From positions 213,424 through 260,354 of the forward strand of contig PS015030.1 of assembly GCA_048213135.1 (NCBI GenBank): DNA of 46,931 nt, in the 5' to 3' direction. The DNA is from Reclinomonas americana ATCC 50394. Its lineage: Eukaryota. Every line of letters starts with the position of its first letter. Positions within the stretch are counted from its first letter, which is position 1. The translations under genes were made by a program, and so were the position numbers. The notes beneath the pieces were generated by a model. The model searched no databases and was not told the DNA's origin. It saw only the letters and a list, made by a program, of their open reading frames with translations. Of this stretch, positions 12,863 to 25,653 are shown in pieces.

Positions 12863-15411
12863 TCAGCATGCAGCTGCGTCGCTGCTGTTGCTGTTGTTGT
12901 TGTCAACTTGAAAGCAACGACATCATTTCACTCGACTCCCCCTCGCCCACCACTACGTTTCCTTTTGTCTCGTTAAAAAAGAAATAACGTAACAGCGGCG
13001 ACGACACATCAACGTCGTGATCTCAACGGCGGCACCATAAACCCTTGTTGTTGCTGCTGCTGCTGCTGCTGTTGTTCCTCTTGTTGTTGCGGCAGGTGTG
13101 GCGGTCGCGGTGGCGGAGGTGGTGGGGACGGTGAGCGGGATGCGGCGGGTGAAGAAAACGCACTGTTGCCAGTCACACCGCCACCGTCATCGTCATCATC
13201 GTCGTCGTCGTCATCATCATCATCATCATCGTCGTCACCCAACGCCACCATGTCGCGCTCACGGGCCCTCTCCGGCTCGCCACGCAGCGAAGCCAGCTGC
13301 TTCAGTGGTAGTATCGGTGGTCGCATTCCGGCGGGTGGCGACGTTGCCGTCGCGGCAGGGGTGGTGACAGTCGACGACGATGCAGGTGGTGGTGACAAGA
13401 GCGCCGTGCGCAATGCCAAATTCTCCTTCTCCAGCGCGGCAATCTCCATCTGTGGCATGTCATAGATGAGCGCGCACAAATACGACAGCCCTCTATCCCC
13501 CATCGCAGTGACCAACTCACCTGATATTCCGTGGCCTCGGCCTCGCTGTGTGCGGCCGCCAGTCTGGCCAACTCATACATCTCATACAACCGGCTATGCA
13601 AATGCGTGTTCTCCTCGAAACGATCCCTGCTCTCCCGCTCCGCCGCCCCCAGCGACATCTTCAGCTTGACATTCTCCGCCACTACGTCTTGCAGCATGTG
13701 CTGCGGAGGAGGAAGTGCGGCGAGTGAGACCTTGCCGACAACTTTTCAGCAATCGAGCACGCTGTGCGCGCACACCTGCTGCTCCAAAAATCTTGCCACC
13801 ATCACCGACATGGCCTGCTCGTACTGCCGCAATGTGTCCAGCAACAGCAAATCGTCCTCGTCCAATGCACGTTCAGCGGCGACTGCGGTCGTGCCACCGT
13901 CCTCCAGTGGCCTTCTTTCCGCCGCCGTCCGCGCATCTCCCCGCTTCACTGGTGGTGGACTTGGTGCCACGGTGTTCACGGCCGGTGCCGGCGACTCTCG
14001 ATCGTCGGCTGTGGCGCCAGCCGGTGGTGCCGGAAGTGNNNNNNNNNNNNNNNNNNNNGGAAAGAGAAGGGGAAGACGAAGGGGAAGGAACAGGGGGAAG
14101 GAACAGGGGGAAGGGAAACAGGAAGGAGAAGGGGGAAGGAGAAGGGGGAAGGAGAAGCGGGAGGGTGAAGGGGGAGAAGGGAAGAAATGAGATGGGAAGA
14201 GAGAAGAGAGAAGAAAAACGTAAGGAGACAGCGGCAATGCAGTTCAATATCCGCGCATGTCAGAGAGGATGTGAAGGCGGGAGTAGAATGTGCACGTGCG
14301 AGAGAGGGAGAGACAGAACGTTGGAAACCCGATCGACAGCACTCAGTACCACGGCACGCACCATCCAGACGAGGCACAGCAGGCGATTGACCACCTGCCG
14401 ATCCACTTCTTGCATGAGACGGGGTCGACTGCTGCTGCTGTTGCAGCTGCTGTTGTGCCATCAACACAGGAACAGGCGGTGGCGGTGGTGGTGTTTGCGA
14501 CACGGCACCGCCGGCCGCCGAGGGACTCCTCTGAAATGCAGAGGGCGACGATAATGATCCATCGGGAGTGGAGACGCGCTTCGAGGCGACGCTATTCTGT
14601 GGTGCGTGGAACGGGAGAGAGGAATGAGAGATAGGAAACGCGAGACGAAAAGAAGGAGTCACAGCAATGACGTGTGTCACTGCAACAGATCCTCGCACTC
14701 AAACAACTGGCGAGTGCACAAGAGGCCAAACACGGATGCCCAGCAGAGAGAGAGAAAGAGGGAGGAAGTGGGAGAGAGTGAACGATTTCAGCATTTGTAT
14801 GTGCAANNNNNNNNNNNNNNNNNNNNNNNNNNNNNNNNNNNNNNNNNNNNNNNNNNNNNNNNNNNNNNNNNNNNNNNNNNNNNNNNNNNNNNNNNNNNNN
14901 NNNNNNNNNNNNNNNNNNNNNNNNNNNNNNNNNNNNNNNNNNNNNNNNNNNNNNNNNNNNNNNNNNNNNNNNNNNNNNNNNNNNNNNNNNNNNNNNNNNN
15001 NNNNNNNNNNNNNNNNNNNNNNNNNNNNNNNNNNNNNNNNNNNNNNNNNNNNNNNNNNNNNNNNNNNNNNNNNNNNNNNNNNNNNNNNNNNNNNNNNNNN
15101 NNNNNNNNNNNNNNNNNNNNNNNNNNNNNNNNNNNNNNNNNNNNNNNNNNNNNNNNNNNNNNNNNNNNNNNNNNNNNNNNNNNNNNNNNNNNNNNNNNNN
15201 NNNNNNNNNNNNNNNNNNNNNNNNNNNNNNNNNNNNNNNNNNNNNNNNNNNNNNNNNNNNNNNNNNNNNNNNNNNNNNNNNNNNNNNNNNNNNNNNNNNN
15301 NNNNNNNNNNNNNNNNNNNNNNNNNNNNNNNNNNNNNNNNNNNNNNNNNNNNNNNNNNNNNNNNNNNNNNNNNNNNNNNNNNNNNNNNNNNNNNNNNNNN
15401 NNNNNNNNNNN

Positions 15412-15497
<86 letters not shown>

Positions 15498-16049
15498 CAG
15501 AACCTCTGATCAACAGCGCACCTCTTACAGAAGAGAGTCTCTGCCTCCCTCCCTCCCTCTCTGCGTGTGTGTGTGTGTGCGTGTGTGTGTAAGAGAGAGT
15601 GTGTGTGAGAGAGAGTGTGTGAATGTGTGAGAGAGTGTTAAGGCACCCTTGTTCCTTTGCACCTTTGTGCGCCTAAGTCGCCACCTACACGCACTTTATC
15701 TCACGCAGTCTCTCTTTCTCTTTCACACACACACGCGTCTGTCTTGTCTCTCTCTCACACACACTTCTCACCTTCAATGAGGCCGCGCGCGAATGCAAAC
15801 TTGACAGTAAGTGTTGACTGTGCAACAGAGAGAGAGAGAGACAGACAAAGAGTGTGTGTGAGAGAGTGAGTGACTTCCGAAAAGACACGCATCTCACGCA
15901 ACGTGTGTTCCAGTTGCGCTTGTAACGTGTTGACAGAGCGTGTCAACTCAACTGTGAGCGTGAGTGTGTGTGTGTGAGAGAGAGAGTGAGTGACAAAGAA
16001 ACAAGGGCCATCTTCATCGCAACAAAACACACTCACCAAAGTTGAACAT
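12863..16049 (-). CDS. SIKE/FGFR1OP2-like coiled-coil protein (STRIPAK-associated family) with poly-Q, poly-D and poly-P insertions
   Basis: Spliced model: MFNF|VELTRSVNTLQAQLEHT|QHLLSSLHSRAASLK|NSVAS... LLDTLRQYEQAMSVMVARFLEQQ|HMLQDV...RLYEMYELARLAAAHSEAEATEYQ|MEIAALEKENLALRTALL. From memory this parallels the FGFR1OP2 motifs LEEHQSALELIMSKYREQ and EMAAVMRKAI...IFQLEQENKGLREIL. The last exon (12906-12863) is uncertain; the unspliced stop is at 13009. Confidence 0.6.
15412..15495 (+). repeat. Compound (GT)n(GA)n microsatellite, representative of many intronic dinucleotide tracts next to N-gaps
   Basis: Directly visible; similar tracts at 33355-33412, 30100-30286 and 17200-17350. Confidence 0.95.
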
Positions 16050-16311
16050 TTTCCGCTCGTGGACACGGTGTGCGCACTCTTGTGCCTCACTCTTTCGCAC
16101 ACACACAGACGCGCAGACGCAGAGACTCGCTCTCTCGCTCTTGTGAGTGGAGAGTGAAATCGACAACGCGCAGGACAGCGGACGGTCATCCAATGTGTTG
16201 GCGTTTTCTTTAGTCTCGCTGGATGGCCAGCCCGTCGCTGCTGTGATGATCACAATGCACAACTCTCTATGCTGTTCCGGCGTATAAAACCGACATTGCT
16301 CTGTCGACGTC

Positions 16312-16929
16312 GTGAAAAGATGCTCCACAGTCGTCGAACCGCAACTGCAAAGCGCTTTCCCGTGCGCACACTATGTATGCAAACATGTTTGGCATCTGCC
16401 CCTGATGCGTGAAGTTCCAGGAACCCAAGATGAATTCAGCAAACTTGATCAATGCTTTCGCGACGTTTCGAATACCTCTTGTGCTAGGTACGTAACTCGT
16501 GACCGTGCCTGCCAAAAAGCAGCACGAAGTATGCTCGGGAAGGTACCTAGCACCTTCCGATGGAGCGAGCTCGAGCTGCTCAGGAACCGCGGCGGTTCTG
16601 CAGAGTTGCGATTTGAATTCGTCAATTTGCGAAACGCATATTTCTTGAAGATGCCTGCCAACAAGTTACACAGATTACGCGAAGCAATGCGCGTAGTACC
16701 TGCTGATGGCGCGAGCTGCGCAGGAACTGCGGTAATCGATATCAGCCAAGTTCGCGAAGTTCTGAATATCTCTGCCTGCGACGCGCGTAATTCGTGGCCT
16801 CGCCCGGCAGGAACAAGCACAATACCTATACCTCCATACAGCGTTCCTTCGCTTGGACGCCGTGGAGCGCATGCAGCCGCCAGGCAAAACAAACTTCCAA
16901 TCGATATCAGGATCCGAATGCAAGCATGA
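16312..16929 (+). other. Intronless 205-codon ORF of unknown status between divergently transcribed genes
   Basis: Open frame in a microsatellite-free block; no recognisable domain; long overlapping antisense ORFs are also present. Confidence 0.2.
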
Positions 16930-17076
16930 TGCTTTCTTCCTCCCCCTTTCGCTTGTGTATTGATGCCAACTCCCACTCACTGCACCACTCTATTACTCAC
17001 ACAAGCAGCTACAAAATAATCTGTGGCAACTGCAACTTCACAGCACAAAAAAAACAATTTCTGTTTACTTTTGTGA

Positions 17077-17451
17077 ATGCCTCACGGGCAACGACTTGTC
17101 AACAGGCGACTGAGTGGCGCCGAAAGCAGCTCCTGTGTGAGCGCCTCATGCACTGGCCACTTTGTGTCGCACACAGAGCAGGCACTGGTGGTGTGCAAGG
17201 TGAGAGAGACAGAGAGAGAGAGACAAGAGAGAGACAAGTGAGAGAGAGAGAGAGAGAAACACCGCAGTGAGGCAACAGAGAGAGAGAGAGAGAGAGAGTG
17301 ACTGACGCACACACACACGCACACACACACGCACACACACTGAGAGAGAGAGAGTGAGAAGATGAGCGAAGGTCACGTTTAGGTGTTCTCAGGTGCATGT
17401 TTAGGTGCACTTAGGTGCATGATTAGGTGACTATATCTCTCTAACTTCCTC

Positions 17452-17488
<37 letters not shown>

Positions 17489-20400
17489 ATTAACTTCCTC
17501 TCTCTCNNNNNNNNNNNNNNNNNNNNNNNNNNNNNNNNNNCCCGCCCTCACTCTCACACTCTCTGTCTCCCCTCCCTCTCTCTCACACTCTCTCTCTCTC
17601 TCTCTCTGTGCAGAATGACATTCTCGAGGTGTTTGTGTGGTCGCCCTCCGAGGGCGAGGAGATGGAAGGCGAAGGAGGCGATCGACTGGAGTGTGTGTTG
17701 CAAGAGCGCATGTTTGCGGATGTGGCGGCTGCAGTGTGCATTCCGTCGTCCTCGCGGTGAGTGGTGAGGAGAAGGAAGAGAGTGGAGAGAGCTCCTCCTC
17801 TTCTCCTGCTTGCTTCCTCGTCTGCTGGAACGACACAAGGTAGAAGACGTTGCGACTGTTCTTCTTCCTCCACTGCTTCTTCCTCCTGCACCTTCTGCTC
17901 CGAGGTCGCTGCGTCTTGCTTCCAACCGAGGGTTGAGCTCCTCCTCCTCTCTTCTCCATTCCGTCTTTGCTTCTTCTGCTTGCTTCCTCTTCTCCTGGAA
18001 AGACACAAGGTAGAAGACGTTGCGACTGTTCTTCTTTCTCCACTGCTTCTTCCACTACTTCCTCCTGCGCCTTCTGATTCTTGCTTCCAAGAGACGAAAT
18101 GGGCAGAGTCCTCCTCCCTTCTCCATGTCGTTTTTGCTTCTTCTTCGTGCTGCGATCTTTTTTTGATAAAGGGATCATCGTCTTCGTCTTCTTCTTGCTC
18201 TTATAGTCACATTCTACGAAAGAGACGAAGAGGAACGAAGTGGGCAGAGATTGGAGCTCCTCCCCTGTACTTCTTCCCACCGTAATCGTCGCCTTTCTGC
18301 TGAAAGATACAGAGGGAGTGGGGAATAAGAATGTACAGGAGGGAGCAGAGAGCGATCTTCTTCTTCTCCCCTTTCCTCACCCCCTGCTTCTTGCACGCAT
18401 CACGGTCTCACTACTTCTGTCTTCAAAGAGACGAAGAGGAACGAAGTGGGGGGAGGTGAAGTCTCCGTTACTCTTCTCTCTTTCTCTTGCTTTCTATCCA
18501 TGCGGCGATCTTCGTTTTTGAACAATGCCAGGGGGATGAGAAGACCCTGCTCAACGAAGAAGGGAGAAGCGAGAGGCCTACTCTCTCCTCTGCTGTCGCC
18601 ATCCTCCCCCTCGGCTTCATCGTTCCCTCAGCCTGTCTCCTTTCATCCTTGAGAAAACAGCAACATGTAAGCTTCACTTCTCTTTCTTCCCTTCAATCTC
18701 TTCCCCCTCTCCCTTCCCCTTCACGCCCTCAATCCCCACACCGCGCAGCCTCCGCCGCGATCACCTGCTCCTCGTCGGTGAAGACATGTCCTTTGCGATT
18801 GTGCAATGGAACGAGGAGGCGTGCCGCTTCTGTACCGTCGAGGGCGGCGAGTTGAAGGCGCGCTCCGAGTCCATGGATGAGTTTCCACGGGTGCGCGTTG
18901 TTGTCCACACTCTACTTCTTCATCAACTGTTGTTGATTCTCTCGTGTGCAGTTGCTGTGTCGACCTGTGGTCTGCTGCTCGGGTTTCCGCGGCGATCAGA
19001 GTGCGCAGCGCATCGTGTGTGTCGCCGGTTTCCGTGGCCTGCTGCACGGGCTAGCGGTGGTCGGTGACACGGGGCGCGTGACCACCAAGTTGCCGTTTCG
19101 CTTCCAGTTGTCGCGTGCCACCGAGAAGGACGCCGTGGTGTCCATGTGCTTCCTGGAGGGTCGCGGAGCGCAGGATTGTCAGGCACGTACTTGGTGGAAT
19201 ATGTGTGCGATGTGGCGTTAATGGACGTGCTTTGCAGGGCGTGCCGATTCTGGCCGTCTTGTATCAGGAGGTGGTGCATCGGTTCGACGCTCCACTCGTG
19301 CACGTGCAGTGCTTGGTGCCGAATTTTGCGAGCAGAAGACTGGACCAAGGTTGCGTAAGGGGGGACTAACTTGATTAAGAGGCGATTCTGCGCTCGCTGC
19401 ACTCTAGAGTGCTTTCACCACTGTTTGTATTGTCCTGCTGTCGCACCCACTTCCCATTCTTGCCGTGCGACTTTTGTTTAACGTCTCACTCGCAGTTCAC
19501 TTCTCTCACTTGTCCGCACGCCCTTTGTGCTCCTCGCTGTCTCACGCATTCCGTTACATTGCCCATAACTCACTTTTCTCGCCGTGTCTCTCTCTTCTCC
19601 CACCGCTGCCTGTCACGCGTCAATATTCCAGTGTCTTCTCTCTAATTCAATCTTTCTCCCTTCGTTTCTCCCTGCCACAAACCTTCCTCTCACACCGCCT
19701 TCCCTCTTCTCGCAGGTCCCTGGGCCGTGCGCAACGTCCACCCCCTGAGTTGCCACATCCTCCCCGTCGCACACCTCTCTTCCGCCGTCTCCACGGCGCT
19801 CGTGATCACTCCGTCCTCCGCGCTCTTGTTTTGCGAAGACGGCTTGCTGTTTGAGATTCAGCTGCCGTTCGCCGCCCCCTCTGCATGTGTCCGCCTCGAC
19901 AGACCAGACCTGCCGCAGCACGCCGGGGCCGTGCATCAGTCGGTCTTGTGCGACTCGGCGGGTGCGCTGCATGTGCTGGAGTTGTTTGTCCGCGATCCAA
20001 CACAAGAGCTAGCCGGCAACGTGTGCTCAGTTGCATTCGCCCTTCATTCTCCCCACTCGGTGTGTCCTGCCTAGTTGTTTCGTGACGGTGTTGGCACAGA
20101 TCGGCCCGGCGGAGATCTCCCAAGCTGTGGCGTGCGAATGCACAGTGCTTGCTGTACTGCCGGTGGCGCCGGATCCGGTGGCGTCGTTTGTTGCCATGGT
20201 TGGCTCGTCGTATGGTCACTCGCGGTTGCATCGACTCTCCGGCGCTGCCATCACCCAGTGGGAGTGTGAGGAGTTGGTGAGGCGCGCATGTGGGGAGTTG
20301 TCGATGTGCATGGTGCTGACTTGTTTGCCAACCCAGAATCCCCAATTCACGGAGAGTCGCGGCTCGCTGGTTGATGTGTGCTCGAACGCGCACGGTGTTC

Positions 20401-23400
20401 GCGCGCCATCGTCAACAGATGATGCCGCCTCGGGTTCATCGTCAGCCGGCGACTCACCGGTGCCTGAACTCGTCCTGTATGCCGTGGCGACGCCGTCTGG
20501 TTTCTCGGGCTGGAGCGAGAGCAAGCTGACTCCGACATCGATTGTGCACAAGATTCGGCACGGCCGACGGGCGAATGAGCTGGCCGAGGCGATTCCGCTC
20601 GAGGGTTGTCCGACTGTATTAGCGTGAGTTCATGGGGGGCGAGGAGAGGGAAAGGAGAGGGAGTTCAGGAGGGAAAGGGAGAGGGAGTGGGAGACAGGAA
20701 GCGAAACTGAGCGAGGGAAAGCGACCGTCTTGTTTGTGATATGCAAGCCAGCCAGGGCACTGATCTCCGAGCTGCAGAGTGCAAGATATCCTGACTCTGC
20801 TATCGATGAGCGGAGCGCAGCCACGTGCAATGACACAGAGCTCTTCTGTCTCCCTCTCTCGTCTTCTCTCTCCATGCGCCTTCTGTCCCTTGATCCTCAC
20901 TGTGTTTTGCATGCTTTCTTGCTGACGCTGAGCGCACATTTGAGTTTGATGCATAGAGGCGCGTGTTGTCATCATATGCCTACAAATGTTTATGTCGCAG
21001 GTTCTCAGTGCAGCCGTCGCAACCATTCCACACGCACCTGGCCTTTGTGTACTCGGCCTCATCGCAAACCGTCTTCATGTCGGTGGAGCACGCCGAGTTC
21101 GAGTCCACCTCGCTGGCCCCGGCCCTCGTTGAGGACGCTGTGACGTTGGCCATGGGCGCTGTGTGCCAGGCGTGGGTGGTACAAGTGACGGCGAGTGGTG
21201 TCCGGTCGGTACGCTGTTCGCCTTCGTTGCAGCTGGCTGACACGTGGTCGCCTCTGTCGGAGACCGCTGTGTCGCATGCAGCCGTCGGTTTGACCAAGGT
21301 GTGGTGGGGGAAGGCGATTTGACATGAGTTCTCACCTGTGATTGGTGTTCTGTTGTCGTGTTCTCCGCTTCTTCGACATATGATGCGATAGAGCAAGAGA
21401 GTATTGGACTGAGAGACACAGGGACTGAGATTCAGTTGCAAGAGAAGGAGAGTGAGAAGAGTGAGGGAAGGAGGGTGAGAGCTGTGGGAGACAGACAGGG
21501 AGAGCGAAAGGAGAGAGGGAGAGAAAGGGAGGAAGGAGAGTGAGAGCCACGCTCACCTACCTTTTGCCTCCAGGTCCTGGTGAACTGTGCCGCCGAACTG
21601 CACCTGTTGGAAGTGTCGTCGGCGCACGGGCGACTGGCGGTGCTAAAGTCGGTCGATCTCGGCTTGCAGGCGTCGTGTGTGGCGCTCGACGAGAAGCAGG
21701 ATGGCGGTGCGAAGTTTGAAGTCAGCTTGACTGCACCGTGATTTACCACGCCACTCACTCGCCGCACGCGACTCATCAGGCTGCCTGTGCGCCGTTGGTT
21801 CTTGGACGGAAAATGCCCTCCAAATTCTGCGATGGACGGCAGCGCAGGGTTTCGAGAGTTTGTACACATTGGTCAGTTCGTACATGTCATCACACTTGAA
21901 GCTGCCCTCATCTGCGTTAACTTTCCAATCGGCAGCACTTGGGCCTCGAGCACGCCTCATCCGTGGTTATTGTGAATGACATGGCGGCTTCATCGCGAAA
22001 TCGACACGCTGAGAGGTGTCTTGTGGCGTGCGGTCTATCCGACGGCAGCGCCATGTGGGGTCGCATCGATGTGCATGCGGACGGGCGGAGGGTGGAAGGT
22101 GCGTTACGATACAGAGAGAGAGAGAGAGGAATCTCTGGAATTATCTCTTCATTCAAACTATTATTATCCGCAGCCTCCCTCTCAACTGCTGTGATTGGCG
22201 CACAAAGTGTTTCCTGTGAGCGGCTGAGTGTGCACGGAGGCACAGGTACGCATGTATGCAGCCGCAACCGTCCGTGTGCGCGGTTGCTCACTGTCTTTGC
22301 CGTCCTCGTACAGCATTCTATCTGCAGAGTGATCAGGATGCGCTGGTGACGGTGAAAGAGATCGATGCCGGTGACCACCGTTTCGCGGTGGACCGAGTGT
22401 GTCATCAACGAGCTGCACCGCATCACAGTGCATGTGCGCTGCGCACACCGTACACGGCGGAGAGCACGGCAATGGCGGTTGTGATTGGCGACGACAGCGC
22501 AGGTGCGTGGCGGGTGACGCAGGGAGCGATGAACGCGACCAGAGTGTTAACGAGCCAATTGCAGATGCCGGTTTTTTGGTCATTGACGTGGAGGCCCAGG
22601 CGCGTGTTGTCTTTGAGCCGACGGTCGTACAGAACTTGGCGGCAGAGCACGTGTGTGTGATGCCAGCGTGGAGATGTGTGGCGGTGATTGGCGAGGACTC
22701 GAGGGGGATGGTGAGGAACAAGGGGCAAAAAGGGAAAGGGAGATGGTGGGGAATGGGACAGTGAGAGGAGAACGGAGACTGGATTATGACCATCAGGTGG
22801 TGAGAGATGTTGCCTGCAAATCAAGAGATGTTTGTACATCGCTAAATGGGCGATGGGGAGAGCACAAAGAGAGTGGACGGGAGAGCGATGGTAGAAGAGG
22901 CAGAGAGATAGGCTCGAGCTAAGTATGGCAAAAGCCGCTGGAAGAGGACTTTGCTTGGTGAGAAAGAAAGAGATGAATCTCATCTTCCGCTTATCACAGT
23001 CGAGTCTGTGTTTCTTCGACATGGACGACATGAGTCAGGAGCTGCATCGCGAAACCATGCCACAGCTGGGGAACGTCTTTTCCGCCATGTGCCCGCTGAA
23101 CCTGACGATAACCGCCGGTCAACAGCAAGTGTGGTACGCGATCTCTTCTGCTCTCCTTTTCCTTCTCTTTCTCTCCCTCTCCCTTTCCCTTTCTCTTTCC
23201 CCCTTTCTCTCCCTCTCCCTCTCCCTCTCCCTTCCCCTCCCCCTCCCCCCTCCCTTCTTCCCAGCCTGTCACATTCTCTTTCTCCCTAAAGGCCTGGTGA
23301 GCTTTGTCGTTTTTCTCACTTTTCTAATAGTGTCCTCGCGGTCGTGTCGCAAATGAGTCCAGCACTCTTGTCGCTCTGGTATCTGCATCGTCGGGCAGAG

Positions 23401-25582
23401 GAGGCGGTGGAGGTGTCACTGCTGGCTCTGGCACCCCTCGGTCAGGTAAAGAAGCGTGATAACCGCACAATGCATTGCTCAGTGAGGTTTTTCATCGTCA
23501 TTGATGCAGGGTACTTGCGAGGCGGTGTGCGAGGTACGCTCCGGTACGCTGGCTGCCGCCATTGGCAATCGAGTGTGCGCCTTTGAGTGCACCGTTGAGC
23601 CGCTGGACGGCTCACTGACAGTCGAGTCGGTGTTTTGTACACCGGAGGCGCGCGAGAGGACACGGCGTTTGAGGTTGGCCTTGATCGCACTGCGGCGAGA
23701 CGAAATTAGCGGCACTCACGTGATGATTGACGCAGATTCGCTCTGGAACGTGCGGAAGAAGTGGCGTTGGCTGACACTGGGCCGGCGGCGGCTGTTGCTG
23801 TGCGTGAACGGTGCTTTGCTCGGTCCGTCAATTTCAACGCTTGCGTCTCGCTCGATTGTCGTGCGTTGCCGCACGCGGCCAATCGTTGCGTGAGCTCTCT
23901 TTGTTTGGTGTGTGAGTGGTGAATTTAACGCCTGTTTTTTTTTTTTTTTGTGAACGCAGAGTATGTGATCACCACCGGGCTACTGTACGGCTCGGTGTGC
24001 CTGATGCATCTGGATGTCGGTTCCTGGACGATGCACACCCTTGGGCAGGTGCGTTTCATTCGTCGCTGAGGTGAGAACTTTCGTGCATCGACATATGTTT
24101 CGACGTCACACAGGATGCTTCGCCCATGATTGCTGCCACGGCGCGCATCCTTTCGTCGACAACGCCGTCGCCGAGCTGCGTGGTGGCCGACTATGACCAG
24201 GCTCTTTATTATCTGGAGCTCGTTGGCGACACCAAGGCCGGCGAGGTACTGCTTGAAGAACTTCGTGTCTGTCCTCCAGCTGTACCCATATCTCCACCAC
24301 ACAGGGACCAAGCGGACGACCAGTGGAGACCGAAGACGACGATCGACGCATGCAGCTGTTTGTCGAACTGTACGTGCGCCAGCTGAATATGCCCGCTGCG
24401 CCACTCCCGCCGGTCGAGTTGCCACCGCCGTTGCGCACAGGAGTCGTCAATGTGGTTTCCCCCCTTTCGTTTTTCATTTTTCCCGCACAGTGACCTGCAC
24501 ACTGGGTATGAGCACGCGCAGCGGCCGGTGCAGGCGCTGCTGGTGGGCTCACGATTACGCGTGTACGCGTCGGTGGTGCATTTCGAGTGCGGTCGCCTCG
24601 GCATACAACCCGTGCGAATGGTGGCTGCCGCGGAGGCCGAGGTGGATGCCGTGATGCGGGGGGCGGAGAAGGAGGTGGCGGAGGCGGGCGCAGGGATGCC
24701 ACCGGTGCTGTGGATTGCACGCAATGGGGTGGTCGGGTCGCTGGCGGCGGTGGAGGGGACCGAGTATCTGCGTTTGCGTGGATTGCAGAATCTCCTTCAT
24801 CGGCATGTGGCGCAGCAGGGCGCGCCGCTATTTTTGCGGGAGGGGCAATTTGCGGCGAGTTTGGAAGTTGCGAAAGAGGGGAAGGGGCAGGGAAGAAGGG
24901 AGACAGCAGGACTAACTTTTCGCGATGAATAGGTGAACGAGCGGTCGGAATTGCGCACCGAGTCGCGGTCGTCAGAGGAGATTGAGAGGGGTGCGTTGGG
25001 TGGAAGGGGGGAGGGGAAGGGCGGAGGGGAAAGGGACGGAAAGGGGGGAAGGGGACACATCGACTTTGTTTGCGGCGAGCAGCAGAGGGAGACGCATTAT
25101 TCCCCATTAGATCGAGTCTTATTATTCTCGTGAGCTTCACGAACCCATGTCGCAGCAACTACAACGTAGGCTTGAATCAGGCGAGGAGGTGATATATGTG
25201 CGTTTGAAGTATGACAAAAAAGCAGAAGCAAAGGAAGTCCACAATCATTGCCACATAAAGAAGGGAGATGCAGAAATCGGAGGTGTTGCTGTGTCGCAAG
25301 TGCCAGCTTCAGTGAGTGGAACGAGGACTGCACACTCTATTTTGTTCATCTTTCAATCATGCTTTCATGATCGTGGCCTTCTTTCCTTCTATTGTGCTTT
25401 CCTTTTATCTCTGGATTGCTCACTGGTTGCCTCGCACTGCAGGTGCTCCCGACTCGATCGACATGGACTTTGTCCTCCGCTTCTTGTCGCTCAACCCGGC
25501 TGCCAAGGCAGATTTATCTCGACAGATCAATGTGCCGCTAGCTGAGGTGGAGAGGCTTGTGGGAAGATACCTTAATGAGTGA
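17077..25582 (+). CDS. Divergent DDB1-family (DDB1/SF3B3/CPSF160; MMS1_N + CPSF_A) triple beta-propeller protein, about 18 introns
   Basis: Exon 1 (17077-17199) SCVSASCTGHFVSHTEQALVVCK, exon 2 NDILEVF, then RDHLLLVG, VVSMCFLEG, PILAVLYQ, GPWAVRNV, VVQVTASGVR, YVITTGLLYGSVCL and C-terminal DSIDMDFVLRFLSL...YLNE*. These match, in order, remembered DDB1 motifs (CVTGHFTS, NTRLEIY, KDLLFIL, VIDVKFLYG, PTICFVYQ, GPWKQENV, LIQITSASVR, FIDGDLIESFLD). Confidence 0.8.
17378..17429 (+). repeat. Cluster of five (TT)AGGTG motifs in intron 1 of the DDB1-like gene
   Basis: tttaggtg-ttctcaggtg-catgtttaggtg-cacttaggtg-catgattaggtg read directly. Confidence 0.6.
17800..18450 (+). repeat. Internally repetitive block in the ~1-kb intron 2 of the DDB1-like gene
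   Basis: gacacaaggtagaagacgttgcgactgttcttctt..ctccactgcttcttcc at 17832 and 18002 (170-bp offset); gagacgaagaggaacgaagtggg at about 18222 and 18428. Confidence 0.75.
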
Positions 25583-25653
25583 AGGGTCGGTGATCATTGA
25601 CACGGCAGAGACATGTGGAAGCGTGTTTCGATATCGTTGTGCGCTGCTTCACT

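Noticed and set aside
17378-17429. TTAGGTG cluster as telomeric repeat
   Set aside because: Irregular spacing, only five copies, intronic, and not TTAGGG.
15630-17430. Possible TIR transposon bounded by CACCT motifs (~15650) and AGGTG motifs (~17400)
   Set aside because: Both motif clusters fall inside introns of flanking host genes whose first exons lie between them; there is no true inverted repeat or target-site duplication.
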